Under the pieces are notes generated by a model. That model saw nothing but the letters and a program-made list of their open reading frames with translations, did not search any database and had not been told where the DNA came from. 64,000 nt of DNA. Source: the human T2T-CHM13v2.0 reference genome, Homo sapiens. The translations under genes were made by a program, and so were the position numbers. Positions 1-16,659 of the stretch are shown here, in pieces (the stretch's first letter is position 1; each line of letters opens with the position of its first letter). Location of the stretch: assembly GCF_009914755.1 (NCBI RefSeq), contig NC_060937.1; one strand, written 5' to 3'.

Positions 1-1099
1 CTATAGTGTACATAAAATAACAAAGTACAAAAACTATAAATTATATGCTGTACATAAAATATGAAATTACATCAAATATATATTAGGTACATAAAATATG
101 AAAGTACATCAAATATAGATTATATACTGTACATAAAATATCAATGTACCCCAAATATATATTTTATACTCTACATGAAATATCAAAGTTCACAAACCAT
201 ATATTATATACTGTACATAAAATATCAAAGTACCCAAGGTATATATTCTATACTGTACAAAAAATATCAAAGTACCCAAAGCATGTATTAAATACTGTAC
301 ATAAAATATGAAAGTACATCAAATAAATATTTTATTCTGTACATAAAATATCAAAGTACACCAGATATATATTCTATAGTGTACATAAAATATCAAAGTA
401 CCCAAACTATACATTATATACTGTACATAAAATATGAAATTACATCAAATATATATTATATTAGGTACATAAAATATGAAAGTACATCAAATATAGATTA
501 TATACTGTACATAAAATACCAAAGTACCCCAAGTACATATTATATACTGTACATGAAATATCAAAGTTCACAAACTATATATTATATACTGTACATAAAA
601 TATCAAAGTACCCAAGGTATATATTCTATACTGTACAAAAAATATCAAAGTACCCAAACATGTATTATATACTGTACATGAAATATGAAAGTACATCAAA
701 TATATATTTTATTCTGTACATAAAATATCAAAGTACACCAAATATATATTCTATACTGTACATAAAATATTAAAGTACCCAAACTATACATTATATACTG
801 TACATAAAATATGAAATTACATCAAATATATATTATATTAGGTACACAAAATATGAAAATACATCCAATATAGATTATATACTGTACATAAAATACAAAA
901 GTACCCCAAATGTATATTTTATACTGTACATGAAATATCAAAGTTCACAAGCTATATATTATATACTGTACATAAAATATCAAAATACTCAAGGTATATA
1001 TTCTATACTCTACAAAAAATATCAAAGTACCCAGAGCATGTATTATATACTGTACATAAAATATGAAAGTACATCAAATATATATTTTATTCTGTACAA

Positions 1100-2870
1100 A
1101 AAATATCAAAGTACACCAAATATATATTCTATACTGTACATAAAATATCAAAGTACCCAAACTATACATTATATACTGTACATAAAATATGAAATTACAT
1201 CAAATATATATTATATTAGGTACAGAAAATATGAAAGTACATCAAATATAGATTATATACTGTACATAAATCACCAAAGTACCCCAAATATATATTTTAT
1301 ACTGTACATGAAATATCAAACTTCAGAAACTATATATTATATACTGTACATAAAATATCAAAGTACTGAAAGTATATATTCTATACTGTACAAAAAATAT
1401 CAAAGTACCCAAAGCATGTATTATATACTGTACATGAAATATGAAAGTACATCAAATATATATTTTATTCTGTACATAAAATATCAAAGTACACCAAATA
1501 TATATTCTTTACTGTACATAAAATATCAAAGTACCCAAACTATACATTATATACTTTACATAAAATATGAAATTACATCAAATATATATTATATTAGGTA
1601 CATAAAATATGAAAGTACATCAAATATAGATTATATACTGTACATAAAATACCAAAGTACCCCAAATATATATTTTATACTGTACATGAAATATCAAAGT
1701 TCACAAACTATATATTATATACTGTACATAAAATATCAAAGTACTCAAGGTATATATTCTATACTGTACAAAAAATATCAAAGTACCCAAAGCATGTATT
1801 ATATACTGTACATAAAATATGAAAGTACATGAAATATATATTTTATTGTGTACAAAAAATATCAAAGTACACCAAATATATATTCTATACTGTACATAAA
1901 ATATCAAAGTACCCAAACTATACATTATATACTGTACATAAAATATGAAATTACATCAAATATATATTAGTTACATAAAAAATGAAAGTAGATCAAATAT
2001 AGATTATATCCTGTACATAAAATACCAAAGTACCCCAAATAAATATTTTATACTGTACATGAAATATCAAAGTTCACAAACTATATATTATATACTGCAC
2101 ATAAAATATCAAATCACCCAAGGTATATATTCTATACTGTACAAAAAATATCAAAGTACCCAAACCATGTATTATATAAGGTACATAAAATATGAAAGTA
2201 CATCAAAAATAGATTATATACTGTACATAAAATACCAAAGTACCCCAAATATATATTTTATATTGTACATGAAATATCAAAGTTCTCAAACTATATATTA
2301 TATACTGTACATAAAATATCAAAGTACCCAAGGTATCTATTCTATACTGTACAAAAAATATCAAACTACCCAAAGCATGTATTATATACTGTACATAAAA
2401 TATGAAAGTACATCAAATATATATTTTATTCTGTACATAAAATATCAAAGTACACCAAATATATGTTCTATACTGTACATAAAATATCAAAGTACCCATA
2501 CTATACATTATATACTGTACATAAAATATGAAATTACATCAAATATATATTATATTAGGTACAGAAAATATGAAAATGCATCAAATATAGATTATATACT
2601 GTACATAAAATACCAAAGTACCCCAAATATATATTTTATACTGTACATGAAATATCAAAGTTCACAAACTATATATTATATACTGCACATAAATTATCAA
2701 ATCACCCAAGGTATATATTCTATACTGTACAAAAAATATCAAAGTACCCAAAGCATGTATTATATACTGTACATAAAATATGAAAGTACATCAAATATAT
2801 ATTTTATTTTGTACATAAAATATTAAAGTACACCAAATATATATTCTATAGTGTACATAAAATATCAAAT
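1100..2870 (+). repeat. Partial additional copy of the ~5-kb left-domain unit
   Basis: The marker TCACCAAAG...AAACTTCAGAAAC...ACTGAAAG occurs at 1271, 6594 and 11533 (offsets 5323 and 4939). ORFs 1945..2826 and 7268..8149 are near-identical at offset 5323. Confidence 0.85.
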
Positions 2871-5399
2871 TACCCAAACTATACATTATATACTGTACAT
2901 AAAATATGAAATTACATCAAATATATATTATATTAGGTACATAAAATATGAAAGTACATCAAATATAGATTATATACTGTACATAAAATACCAAAGAACC
3001 CCAAATATATATTATATACTGTACATGAAATATCAAAGTTCACAAACTATATATTATATACTGTACATAAAATATCAAAGTACCCAAGGTATATATTCTA
3101 TACTGTACAAAAAATATCAAAGTACCCAAAGCATGTATGATATACTGTTCATAAAATATGAAAGTACATCAAATATATATTTTATTCTGTACATAAAATA
3201 TCAAAGTACACCAAATATATATTCTATAGTGTACATAAAATATCAAATTACCCAAACTATACATGATATACTGTACATAAAATATGAAATTACATCAAAT
3301 ATATATTATATTAGGTACATAAAATATGAAAGTACCTCAAATATAGATTATATACTGTACATAAAATACCAAAGAACCCCAAATATATATTATATACTGT
3401 ACATGAAATATCAAAGTTCACAAACTATATATTATATACTGTACATAAAATATCAAAGTACCCAAGGTATATATTCTATACTGTACAAAAAATATCAAAT
3501 TACCCAAAACAGGTATTATATACTGTTCATAAAATATGAAAGTACATCAAATATATATTTTATTCTGTACATAAAATATCAAAGTACACCAAATATATAT
3601 TCTATAGTGTACAAAAAATATCAAAGTACCCAAACTATACATTATATACTGTACATAAAATATGAAATTACATCAAATATATATTATATTAGGTACATAA
3701 AATATGAAAGTACATGAAATATATATTATATACTGTACATAAAATACCAAAGTACCCCAAATATATATATTATATTGTACATGAAATATCAAAGTTCACA
3801 AACTATATATTATATACTGTACATAAAATATGAATGTATCCAAGGTATATATTCTATACTATACAAAAAGTATCAAAGTTCCCAAAACATGTATTATATA
3901 CTGTACATAAAATATGAAAGTGCATCAAATATATATTTTATTCTGTACATAAAATATCAAAGTACACCAAATATATATTCTATACTGTACAAAAAATATC
4001 AAAGCACCCAAACTATACATTATGTACTGTACATAAAATATGAAATTACATCAAATATATATTAGTTACCTAAAATATGAAAGTACATCAAATATAGATT
4101 ATATCCTCTACGTAAAATACCAAAGTACCCCAAATAAATATTTTATACTGTACATGAAATATCAAAGTTCACAAACTATATATTATATACTGCACATAAA
4201 ATATCAAATCACCCAAGGTATATATTCTATACTATACAAAAAATATCAAAGTACCCAAAGCATGTATTATATACTGTACATAAAATAGGAAAGTACATCA
4301 AATATATATTTTATTCTGTATATAAAATATCAAAGTACACCAAATATATATTCTATAGTGTACATAAAATATCAAATTACACAAACTATACCTTATATAC
4401 TCTACATAAAATATGAAATTACATCAAATATATATTATATTAGGTACATAAAATATGAAAGTACATCAAATATAGATTATATACTGTACATAAAATACCA
4501 AAGTACCCCAAATATATATTTTATACTGTACATGAAATATCAAAGTTCACAAACTATATATTATATACTGTACATAAAATATCAAAGTACCCAAGGTATA
4601 TATTCTATACTGTACAAAAAATATCAAAGTACCCAAACATGTATTATATACTGTACATAAAATATGAAAGTACATCAAATATATATTTCATTCTGTACAT
4701 AAAATATCAAAGTACACCAAATATATATTCTATAGTGTACATAAAATATCAAAGTACCCAAACTATACATTATATACTGTACCTAAAATATGAAATTACA
4801 TCAAATATGTATTATATTAGGTAAATAAAATATGAAAGTACAACAAATATAGATTATGTAATGTACATAAAATACCAAATAACCCCAAATATATATTTTA
4901 CACTGTACATGCAATATCAAAGCTCACAAACTATATATTATATACTGTACATAAAATATCAAAGTACAGAAGGTATATATTCTATACTGTACAAAAAATA
5001 TCAAAGTACCCAAAGCATGTATTAAATACTGTACATAAAATATGAAAGTACATCAAATATATATTTTATTCTGTACATAAAATATCAAAGTACACCAAAT
5101 ATATATTCTATAGTGTACATAAAATATCAAAGTACCCAAACTCTACATTATATACTGTACATAAAATATGAAATTACATCAAATCTATATAACATTAGGT
5201 ACATAAAATATGAAAGTACATCAAATATAAATTATATACTGTACATAAAATACCAAAGTACCCCAAATATATATTATATACTGTACATGAAATATCAAAG
5301 TTCACAAACTATATATTATATACTGTACATAAAATATCAAAGTACCCAAGGTATATATTCTATACTGTACAAAAAATATCAAAGTACCCAAAGCATGTA

Positions 5400-8300
5400 T
5401 TATATACTGTATATAAAATATGAAAGTACATCAAATATATATTTAATTGTGTACATAAAATATCAAAGTACACCAAATATGTATTCTATAGTGTACATAA
5501 AATATCAAAGTACCCAAACTATACATTATATACTGTACATAAAATATGAAATTACATCAAATATATATTATATTAGGTACATAAAATATGAAAGTACATC
5601 AAATATAGATTATATACTGTACATAAAATACCAAAGAACCCCAAATATATATTATATACTGTACATGAAATATCAAAGTTCACAAACTATATATTATATA
5701 CTGTACATAAAATATCAAAGTACCCAAGGTATACATTATATACTGTACACAAAATATGAAATTACATCAAATATATGTTATATTAGGTACATAAATTATG
5801 AAAGTACATCAAATATAAATTATATACTGTACATAAAATATCAAATTACCTCAAATATATATTATATACTGTACATGAAATATCAAAGTTCACAAACTAT
5901 ATATTATATACTGTACATAAAATATCAAAGTACCCAAGGTATATATTCTATACTGTACAAAAAATATCAAAGTACCCAAAGCATGTATTATATACTGTAC
6001 ATGAAATATGAAAGTACATCAAATATATATTTTATTCTGTACATAAAATATCAAAGTACACCAAATATATATTCTATAGTGTACATAAAATATCAAAGTA
6101 CCCAAACTATACATTACATACTGTACATGAAATATGAAATTACATCAAATATATATTATATTAGTTACATAAAATATGAAAGTACATCAAATATAGATTA
6201 TACACTGTACATAAAATACCAAAGAACCCCAAATATATATTATATACTGTACATGAAATATCAAAGTTCACAAACTATATATTATATACTGTACATAAAA
6301 TATCAAAGTACCCAAGGTATATATTCTGTACTGTACAAAAAATATCAAAGTACCCAAAGCATGTATTATATACTGTACATAAAATATGAAAGTACATCAA
6401 ATATATATTTAATTCTGTACATAAAATATCAAAGTACACCAAATATATATTCTATACTGTACATAAAATATCAAAGTACCCAAACTATACATTATATACT
6501 GTACATAAAATATGAAATTACATCAAATATATATTATATTAGGTACAGAAAATATGAAAGTACATCAAATATAGATTATATAATGTACATAAATCACCAA
6601 AGTACCCCAAATATATATTTTATACTGTACATGAAATATCAAACTTCAGAAACTATATATTATATACTGTACATAAAATATCAAAGTACTGAAAGTATAT
6701 ATTCTATACTGTACAAAAAATATCAAAGTACCCAAAGCATGTATTATATACTGTACATGAAATATGAAAGTACATCAAATATATATTTTATTCTGTACAT
6801 AAAATATCAAAGTACACCAAATATATATTCTTTACTGTACATAAAATATCAAAGTACCCAAACTATACATTATATACTTTACATAAAATATGAAATTACA
6901 TCAAATATATATTATATTAGGTACATAAAATATGAAAGTACATCAAATATAGATTATATACTGTACATAAAATACCAAAGTACCCCAAATATATATTTTA
7001 TACTGTACATGAAATATCAAAGTTCACAAACTATATATTATATACTGTACATAAAATATCAAAGTACTCAAGGTATATATTCTATACTGTACAAAAAATA
7101 TCAAAGTACCCAAAGCATGTATTATATACTGTACATAAAATATGAAAGTACATGAAATATATATTTTATTGTGTACAAAAAATATCAAAGTACACCAAAT
7201 ATATATTCTATACTGTACATAAAATATCAAAGTACCCAAACTATACATTATATACTGTACATAAAATATGAAATTACATCAAATATATATTAGTTACATA
7301 AAAAATGAAAGTAGATCAAATATAGATTATATCCTGTACATAAAATACCAAAGTACCCCAAATAAATATTTTATACTGTACATGAAATATCAAAGTTCAC
7401 AAACTATATATTATATACTGCACATAAAATATCAAATCACCCAAGGTATATATTCTATACTGTACAAAAAATATCAAAGTACCCAAACCATGTGTTATAT
7501 AAGGTACATAAAATATGAAAGTACATCAAAAATAGATTATATACTGTACATAAAATACCAAAGTACCCCAAATATATATTTTATATTGTACATGAAATAT
7601 CAAAGTTCTCAAACTATATATTATATACTGTACATAAAATATCAAAGTACCCAAGGTATCTATTCTATACTGTACAAAAAATATCAAACTACCCAAAGCA
7701 TGTATTATATACTGTACATAAAATATGAAAGTACATCAAATATATATTTTATTCTGTACATAAAATATCAAAGTACACCAAATATATGTTCTATACTGTA
7801 CATAAAATATCAAAGTACCCATACTATACATTATATACTGTACATAAAATATGAAATTACATCAAATATATATTATATTAGGTACAGAAAATATGAAAAT
7901 GCATCAAATATAGATTATATACTGTACATAAAATACCAAAGTACCCCAAATATATATTTTATACTGTACATGAAATATCAAAGTTCACAAACTATATATT
8001 ATATACTGCACATAAATTATCAAATCACCCAAGGTATATATTCTATACTGTACAAAAAATATCAAAGTACCCAAAGCATGTATTATATACTGTACATAAA
8101 ATATGAAAGTACATCAAATATATATTTTATTTTGTACATAAAATATTAAAGTACACCAAATATATATTCTATAGTGTACATAAAATATCAAAGTACCCAA
8201 ACTATACATTATATACTGTACATAAAATATGAAATTACATCAAATATATATTATATTAGGTACATAAAATATGAAAGTACATCAAATATAGATTATATAC

Positions 8301-11300
8301 TGTACATAAAATACCAAAGTACCCCAAATATATATATTATATTGTACATGAAATATCAAAGTTCACAAACTATATATTATATACTGTACATAAAATATCA
8401 AAGTACCCAAGGTATATATTCTATACTGTACAAAAAATATCAAAGTACCCAAAGCATGTATTATATACTGTACATAAAACATGAAAGTACATGAAATATA
8501 TATTTTATTGTGTACAAAAAATATCAAAGTACACCAAATATATATTCTATACTGTACATAAAATATCAAAGTACCCAAACTATACATTATATACTGTACA
8601 TAAAATATGAAATTACATCAAATATATATTATATTAGGTACAGAAAATATGAAAGTACATCAAATATAGATTATATACTCTACATAAAATATCAAAGTAC
8701 CCCAAATATATATAATATACTGTACATGAAATATCAAAGTTCACAAACTATATATTATATACTGTACATAAAATATGAATGTACCCAAGGTATATATTCT
8801 ATACTATACAAAAAGTATCAAAGTACCCAAAACATGTATTATATACTGTACATAAAATATGAAAGTGCATCAAATATATATTTTATTCTGTACATAAAAT
8901 ATCAAAGTACACCAAATATATATTCTATAGTGTACAAAAAATATCAAAGTACCCAAACTATACATTATATACAGTACATAAAATATGAAATTACATCAAA
9001 TATATATTATATTAGTTACATAAAATATGAAAGTACATCAAATATAGATTATATACTGTACATAAAATACCAAAGTACCCCAAATATATATATTATATTG
9101 TACATGAAATATCAAAGTTCACAAACTATATATTATATACTGTACATAAAATATGAATGTATCCAAGGTATATATTCTATACTATACAAAAAATATCAAA
9201 GTACCCAAAGCATGTATTATATACTGTACATAAAATATGAAAGTGCATCAAATATATATTTTATTCTGTACATAAAATATCAAAGTACACCAAATATATA
9301 TTCTATACTGTACAAAAAATATCAAAGCACCCAAACTATACATTATGTACTGTACATAAAATATGAAATTACATCAAATATATATTAGTTACATAAAATA
9401 TGAAAGTACATCAAATATAGATTATATCCTCTACGTAAAATACCAAAGTACCCCAAATAAATATTTTATACTGTACATGAAATATCAAAGTTCACAAACT
9501 ATATATTATATACTGCACATAAAATATCAAATCACCCAAGGTATATATTCTATACTATACAAAAAATATCAAAGTACCCAAAGCATGTATTATATACTGT
9601 ACATAAAATAGGAAAGTACATCAAATATATATTTTATTCTGTACATAAAATATCAAAGTACACCAAATATATATTCTATAGTGTACATAAAATATCAAAG
9701 TACCCAAACTATACATTATATACTGTACATAAAATATGAAATTACATCAAATATATATTATATTAGGTACAGAAAATATGAAAGTACATCAAATATAGAT
9801 TATATACTCTACATAAAATATCAAAGTACCCCAAATATATATAATATACTGTACATGAAATATCAAAGTTCACAAACTATATATTATATACTGTACATAA
9901 AATATGAGTGTACCCAAGGTATATATTCTATACTATACAAAAAGTATCAAAGTACCCAAAACATGTATTATATACTGTACATAAAATATGAAAGTGTATC
10001 AAATATATATTTTATTCTGTACATAAAATATAAAAGTACACCAAATATATATTCTATACTGTACATAAAATATCAAAGTACCCAAACTATACATTATATA
10101 CAGTACATAAAATATGAAATTACATCAAATATATATTAGTTAAGTAAAATATGAAAGTACGTCAAATATAGATTATATACTGTACATAAAATACCAAAGT
10201 ACCCCAAATATATATATTATATTGTACATGAAATATGAAAGTTCACAAACTATATATTATATACTATACATAAAATATCAAAGTACCCAAGGTATATATT
10301 CTATACTGTACAAAAATATCAAAGTACCCAAAGCATGTATTATATACTGTACATAAAATATGAAAGTACATCAAATATATATTTAATTGTGTACATAAAA
10401 TATCAAAGTACACCAAATATGTATTCTATAGTGTACATAAAATATCAAAGTACCCAAACTATACATTATATACTGTACATAAAATATGAAATTACATCAA
10501 ATATATATTATATTAGGTACATAAAATATGAAAGTACATCAAATATAGATTATATACTGTACATAAAATACCAAAGAACCCCAAATATATATTATATACT
10601 GTACATGAAATATCAAAGTTCACAAACTATATATTATATACTGTACATAAAATATCAAAGTACCCAAGGTATACATTATATACTGTACACAAAATATGAA
10701 ATTACATCAAATATATGTTATATTAGGTACATAAATTATGAAAGTACATCAAATATAAATTATATACTGTACATAAAATATCAAATTACCTCAAATATAT
10801 ATTATATACTGTACATGAAATATCAAAGTTCACAAACTATATATTATATACTGTACATAAAATATCAAAGTACCCAAGGTATATATTCTATACTGTACAA
10901 AAAATATCAAAGTACCCAAACATGTATTATATACTGTTCATAAAATATGAAAGTACATCAAATATATATTTAATTCTTTACATAAAATATCAAAGTACAC
11001 CAAATATATATTCTATAGTGTACATAAAATATCAAAGTACCCAAACTATACATTACATACTGTACATGAAATATGAAATTACATCAAATATATATTATAT
11101 TAGTTACATAAAATATGAAAGTACATCAAATATAGATTATACACTGTACATAAAATACCAAAGAACCCCAAATATATATTATATACTGTACATGAAATAT
11201 CAAAGTTCACAAACTATATATTATATACTGTACATAAAATATCAAAGTACCCAAGGTATATATTCTGTACTGTACAAAAAATATCAAAGTACCCAAAGCA

Positions 11301-14300
11301 TGTATTATATACTGTACATAAAATATGAAAGTACATCAAATATATATTTAATTCTGTACATAAAATATCAAAGTACACCAAATATATATTCTATACTGTA
11401 CATAAAATATCAAAGTACCCAAACTATACATTATATACTGTACATAAAATATGAAATTACATCAAATATATATTATATTAGGTACAGAAAATATGAAAGT
11501 ACATCAAATATAGATTATATAATGTACATAAATCACCAAAGTACCCCAAATATATATTTTATACTGTACATGAAATATCAAACTTCAGAAACTATATATT
11601 ATATACTGTACATAAAATATCAAAGTACTGAAAGTATATATTCTATACTGTACAAAAAATATCAAAGTACCCAAAGCATGTATTATATACTGTACATGAA
11701 ATATGAAAGTACATCAAATATATATTTTATTCTGTACATAAAATATCAAAGTACACCAAATATATATTCTTTACTGTACATAAAATATCAAAGTACCCAA
11801 ACTATACATTATATACTTTACATAAAATATGAAATTACATCAAATATATATTATATTAGGTACATAAAATATGAAAGTACATCAAATATAGATTATATAC
11901 TGTACATAAAATACCAAAGTACCCCAAATATATATTTTATACTGTACATGAAATATCAAAGTTCACAAACTATATATTATATACTGTACATAAAATATCA
12001 AAGTACTCAAGGTATATATTCTATACTGTACAAAAAATATCAAAGTACCCAAAGCATGTATTATATACTGTACATAAAATATGAAAGTACATGAAATATA
12101 TATTTTATTGTGTACAAAAAATATCAAAGTACACCAAATATATATTCTATACTGTACATAAAATATCAAAGTACCCAAACTATACATTATATACTGTACA
12201 TAAAATATGAAATTACATCAAATATATATTAGTTACATAAAAAATGAAAGTAGATCAAATATAGATTATATCCTGTACATAAAATACCAAAGTACCCCAA
12301 ATAAATATTTTATACTGTACATGAAATATCAAAGTTCACAAACTATATATTATATACTGCACATAAAATATCAAATCACCCAAGGTATATATTCTATACT
12401 GTACAAAAAATATCAAAGTACCCAAAGCATGTATTATATACTGTACATAAAATATGAAAGTACATCAAATATATATTTTATTCTGTACATAAAATATCAA
12501 AGTACACCAAATATATGTTCTATACTGTACATAAAATATCAAAGTACCCATACTATACATTATATACTGTACATAAAATATGAAATTACATCAAATATAT
12601 ATTATATTAGATACAGAAAATATGAAAATGCATCAAATATAGATTATATACTGTACATAAAATACCAAAGTACCCCAAATATATATTTTATACTGTACAT
12701 GAAATATCAAAGTTCACAAACTATATATTATATACTGCACATAAATTATCAAATCACCCAAGGTATATATTCTATACTGTACAAAAAATATCAAAGTACC
12801 CAAAGCATGTATTATATACTGTACATAAAATATGAAAGTACATCAAATATATATTTTATTTTGTACATAAAATATTAAAGTACACCAAATATATATTCTA
12901 TAGTGTACATAAAATATCAAAGTACCCAAACTATACATTATATACTGTACATAAAATATGAAATTACATCAAATATATATTATATTAGGTACATAAAATA
13001 TGAAAGTACATCAAATATAGATTATATACTGTACATAAAATACCAAAGTACCCCAAATATATATATTATATTGTACATGAAATATCAAAGTTCACAAACT
13101 ATATATTATATACTGTACATAAAATATCAAAGTACCCAAGGTATATATTCTATACTGTACAAAAAATATCAAAGTACCCAAAGCATGTATTATATACTGT
13201 ACATAAAACATGAAAGTACATGAAATATATATTTTATTGTGTACAAAAAATATCAAAGTACACCAAATATATATTCTATACTGTACATAAAATATCAAAG
13301 TACCCAAACTATACATTATATACTGTACATAAAATATGAAATTACATCAAATATATATTATATTAGGTACAGAAAATATGAAAGTACATCAAATATAGAT
13401 TATATACTCTACATAAAATATCAAAGTACCCCAAATATATATAATATACTGTACATGAAATATCAAAGTTCACAAACTATATATTATATACTGTACATAA
13501 AATATGAATGTACCCAAGGTATATATTCTATACTATACAAAAAGTATCAAAGTACCCAAAACATGTATTATATACTGTACATAAAATATGAAAGTGCATC
13601 AAATATATATTTTATTCTGTACATAAAATATCAAAGTACACCAAATATATATTCTATACTGTACATAAAATATCAAAGTACCCAAACTATACATTATATA
13701 CAGTACATAAAATATGAAATTACATCAAATATATATTAGTTACATAAAATATGAAAGTACATCAAATATAGATTATATCCTGTACATAAAATACCAAAGT
13801 TCCCCAAATAAATATTTTATACTGTACATGAAATATCAAAGTTCACAAACTATATATTATATAATGCACATAAATTATCAAATCACCCAAGGTATATATT
13901 CTATACTGTACAAAAAATATCAAAGTACCCAAAGCATGTATTATATACTGTACATAAAATATGAAAGTACATCAAATATATATTTTATTCTGTACATAAA
14001 ATATCAAAGTACACCAAATATATATTCTATAGTGTACAAAAAATATCAAAGTACCCAAACTATACATTATATACTGTACATAAAATATGAAATTACATCA
14101 AATATATATTATATTAGGTACATAAAATATGAAAGTACATGAAATATATATTATATACTGTACATAAAATACCAAAGTACCCCAAATATATATATTATAT
14201 TGTACATGAAATATCAAAGTTCACAAACTATATATTATATACTGTACATAAAATATGAATGTATCCAAGGTATATATTCTATACTATACAAAAAGTATCA

Positions 14301-15470
14301 AAGTTCCCAAAACATGTATTATATACTGTACATAAAATATGAAAGTGCATCAAATATATATTTTATTCTGTACATAAAATATCAAAGTACACCAAATATA
14401 TATTCTATACTGTACAAAAAATATCAAAGCACCCAAACTATACATTATGTACTGTACATAAAATATGAAATTACATCAAATATATATTAGTTACATAAAA
14501 TATGAAAGTACATCAAATATAGATTATATCCTCTACGTAAAATACCAAAGTACCCCAAATAAATATTTTATACTGTACATGAAATATCAAAGTTCACAAA
14601 CTATATATTATATACTGCACATAAAATATCAAATCACCCAAGGTATATATTCTATACTATACAAAAAATATCAAAGTACCCAAAGCATGTATTACATACT
14701 GTACATAAAATAGGAAAGTACATCAAATATATATTTTATTCTGTACATAAAATATCAAAGTACACCAAATATATATTCTATAGTGTACATAAAATATCAA
14801 AGTACCCAAACTATACATTATATACTGTACATAAAATATGAAATTACATCAAATATATATTATATTAGGTACAGAAAATATGAAAGTACATCAAATATAG
14901 ATTATATACTCTACATAAAATATCAAAGTACCCCAAATATATATAATATACTGTACATGAAATATCAAAGTTCACAAACTATATATTATATACTGTACAT
15001 AAAATATGAGTGTACCCAAGGTATATATTCTATACTATACAAAAAGTATCAAAGTACCCAAAACATGTATTATATACTGTACATAAAATATGAAAGTGTA
15101 TCAAATAAATATTTTATTCTGTACATAAAATATAAAAGTACACCAAATATATATTCTATACTGTACATAAAATATCAAAGTACCCAAACTATACATTATA
15201 TACAGTACATAAAATATGAAATTACATCAAATATATATTAGTTAAGTAAAATATGAAAGTACGTCAAATATAGATTATATACTGTACATAAAATACCAAA
15301 GTACCCCAAATATATATATTATATTGTACATGAAATATGAAAGTTCACAAACTATATATTATATACTATACATAAAATATCAAAGTACCCAAGGTATATA
15401 TTCTATACTGTACAAAAATATCAAAGTACCCAAAGCATGTATTATATACTGTACATAAAATATGAAAGTA
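5400..15470 (+). repeat. Tandem duplication of a ~5-kb macro-unit (about 4,940 bp and 5,102 bp copies)
   Basis: Marker offsets are 4940 (ATTTAATTGT at 5441/10381), 4939 (ORFs 7024/11963), 4729 (ORFs 8174/12903 and 8510/13239) and 5102 (ORFs 9363/14465 and 9681/14783). The steps are -1, -210 and +373 bp. Confidence 0.88.
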
Positions 15471-16659
15471 CATCAAATATATATTTTATTCTGTACATAA
15501 AATATCAAAGTACACCAAATATATATTCTATAGTGTACATAAAATATCAAAGTACCCAAACTATACATTATATACTGAACATAAAATATGAAATTACATC
15601 AAATATCTATTATATTAGGTACATAAAATATGAAAGTACATCAAATATAGATTATATACTGTACATAAAATACCAAAGTACCCCAAATATAGTTTATACT
15701 GTACATGAAATATCAATGTTCACAAACTATATATTATATACTGTACATAAAATATCAAAGTAGTCAAGGTATATATTCTATACTGTACAAAAAATATCAA
15801 AGTACCCAAAGTATGTATTATATACTGTACATAAAATATGAAAGTACATGAAATATATATTTTATTGTGTACAAACAATATCAAAGTACACCAAATATAT
15901 ATTCTATACTGTACATAAAATATCAAAGTACCCAAACTATACATTATATACTGTACATATAATATGAAATTACATCAAATATATATTAGTTACATAAAAT
16001 ATGAAAGTACATCAAATATAGATTATATACTGTACATAAAATACCAAAGTACCCCAAATATATATATTATATTGTACATGAAATATCAAAGTTCACAAAC
16101 TATATATTATATACTGTACATAAAATATCAAAGTACCCAAGGTATATATTCTATACTGTACAAAAAATATCAAAGTACCCAAAGCATGTATTATATACTG
16201 TACATAAAATATGAAAGTACATCAAATATATATTTTATTCTGTACATAAAATATCAAAGTACACCAAATATATATTCTATACTGTACATAAAATATCAAA
16301 GTACCCAAACTATACATTATATACTGTACATAAAATATGAAATTTCATCAAATATATATTATGTTATGTACAGAAAATATGAAAATACATCAAATATAGA
16401 TTATATACTGTACATAAAATACCAAAGTACCCCAAATATGTATTTTATACTGTACAAGAAATATCAAAGTTCACAAACTATATATTATATACTGTACAAA
16501 AAATATCAAAGTACTCAAGTTATATATTCTATACTGTACAAAAAATATCAAAGTACCCAAAGCATGTATTATATACTGTACATAAAATATGAAAGTACAT
16601 GAAATATATATTTTATTCTGTACATAAAATATCAAAGTACACCAAATATATATTCTATA

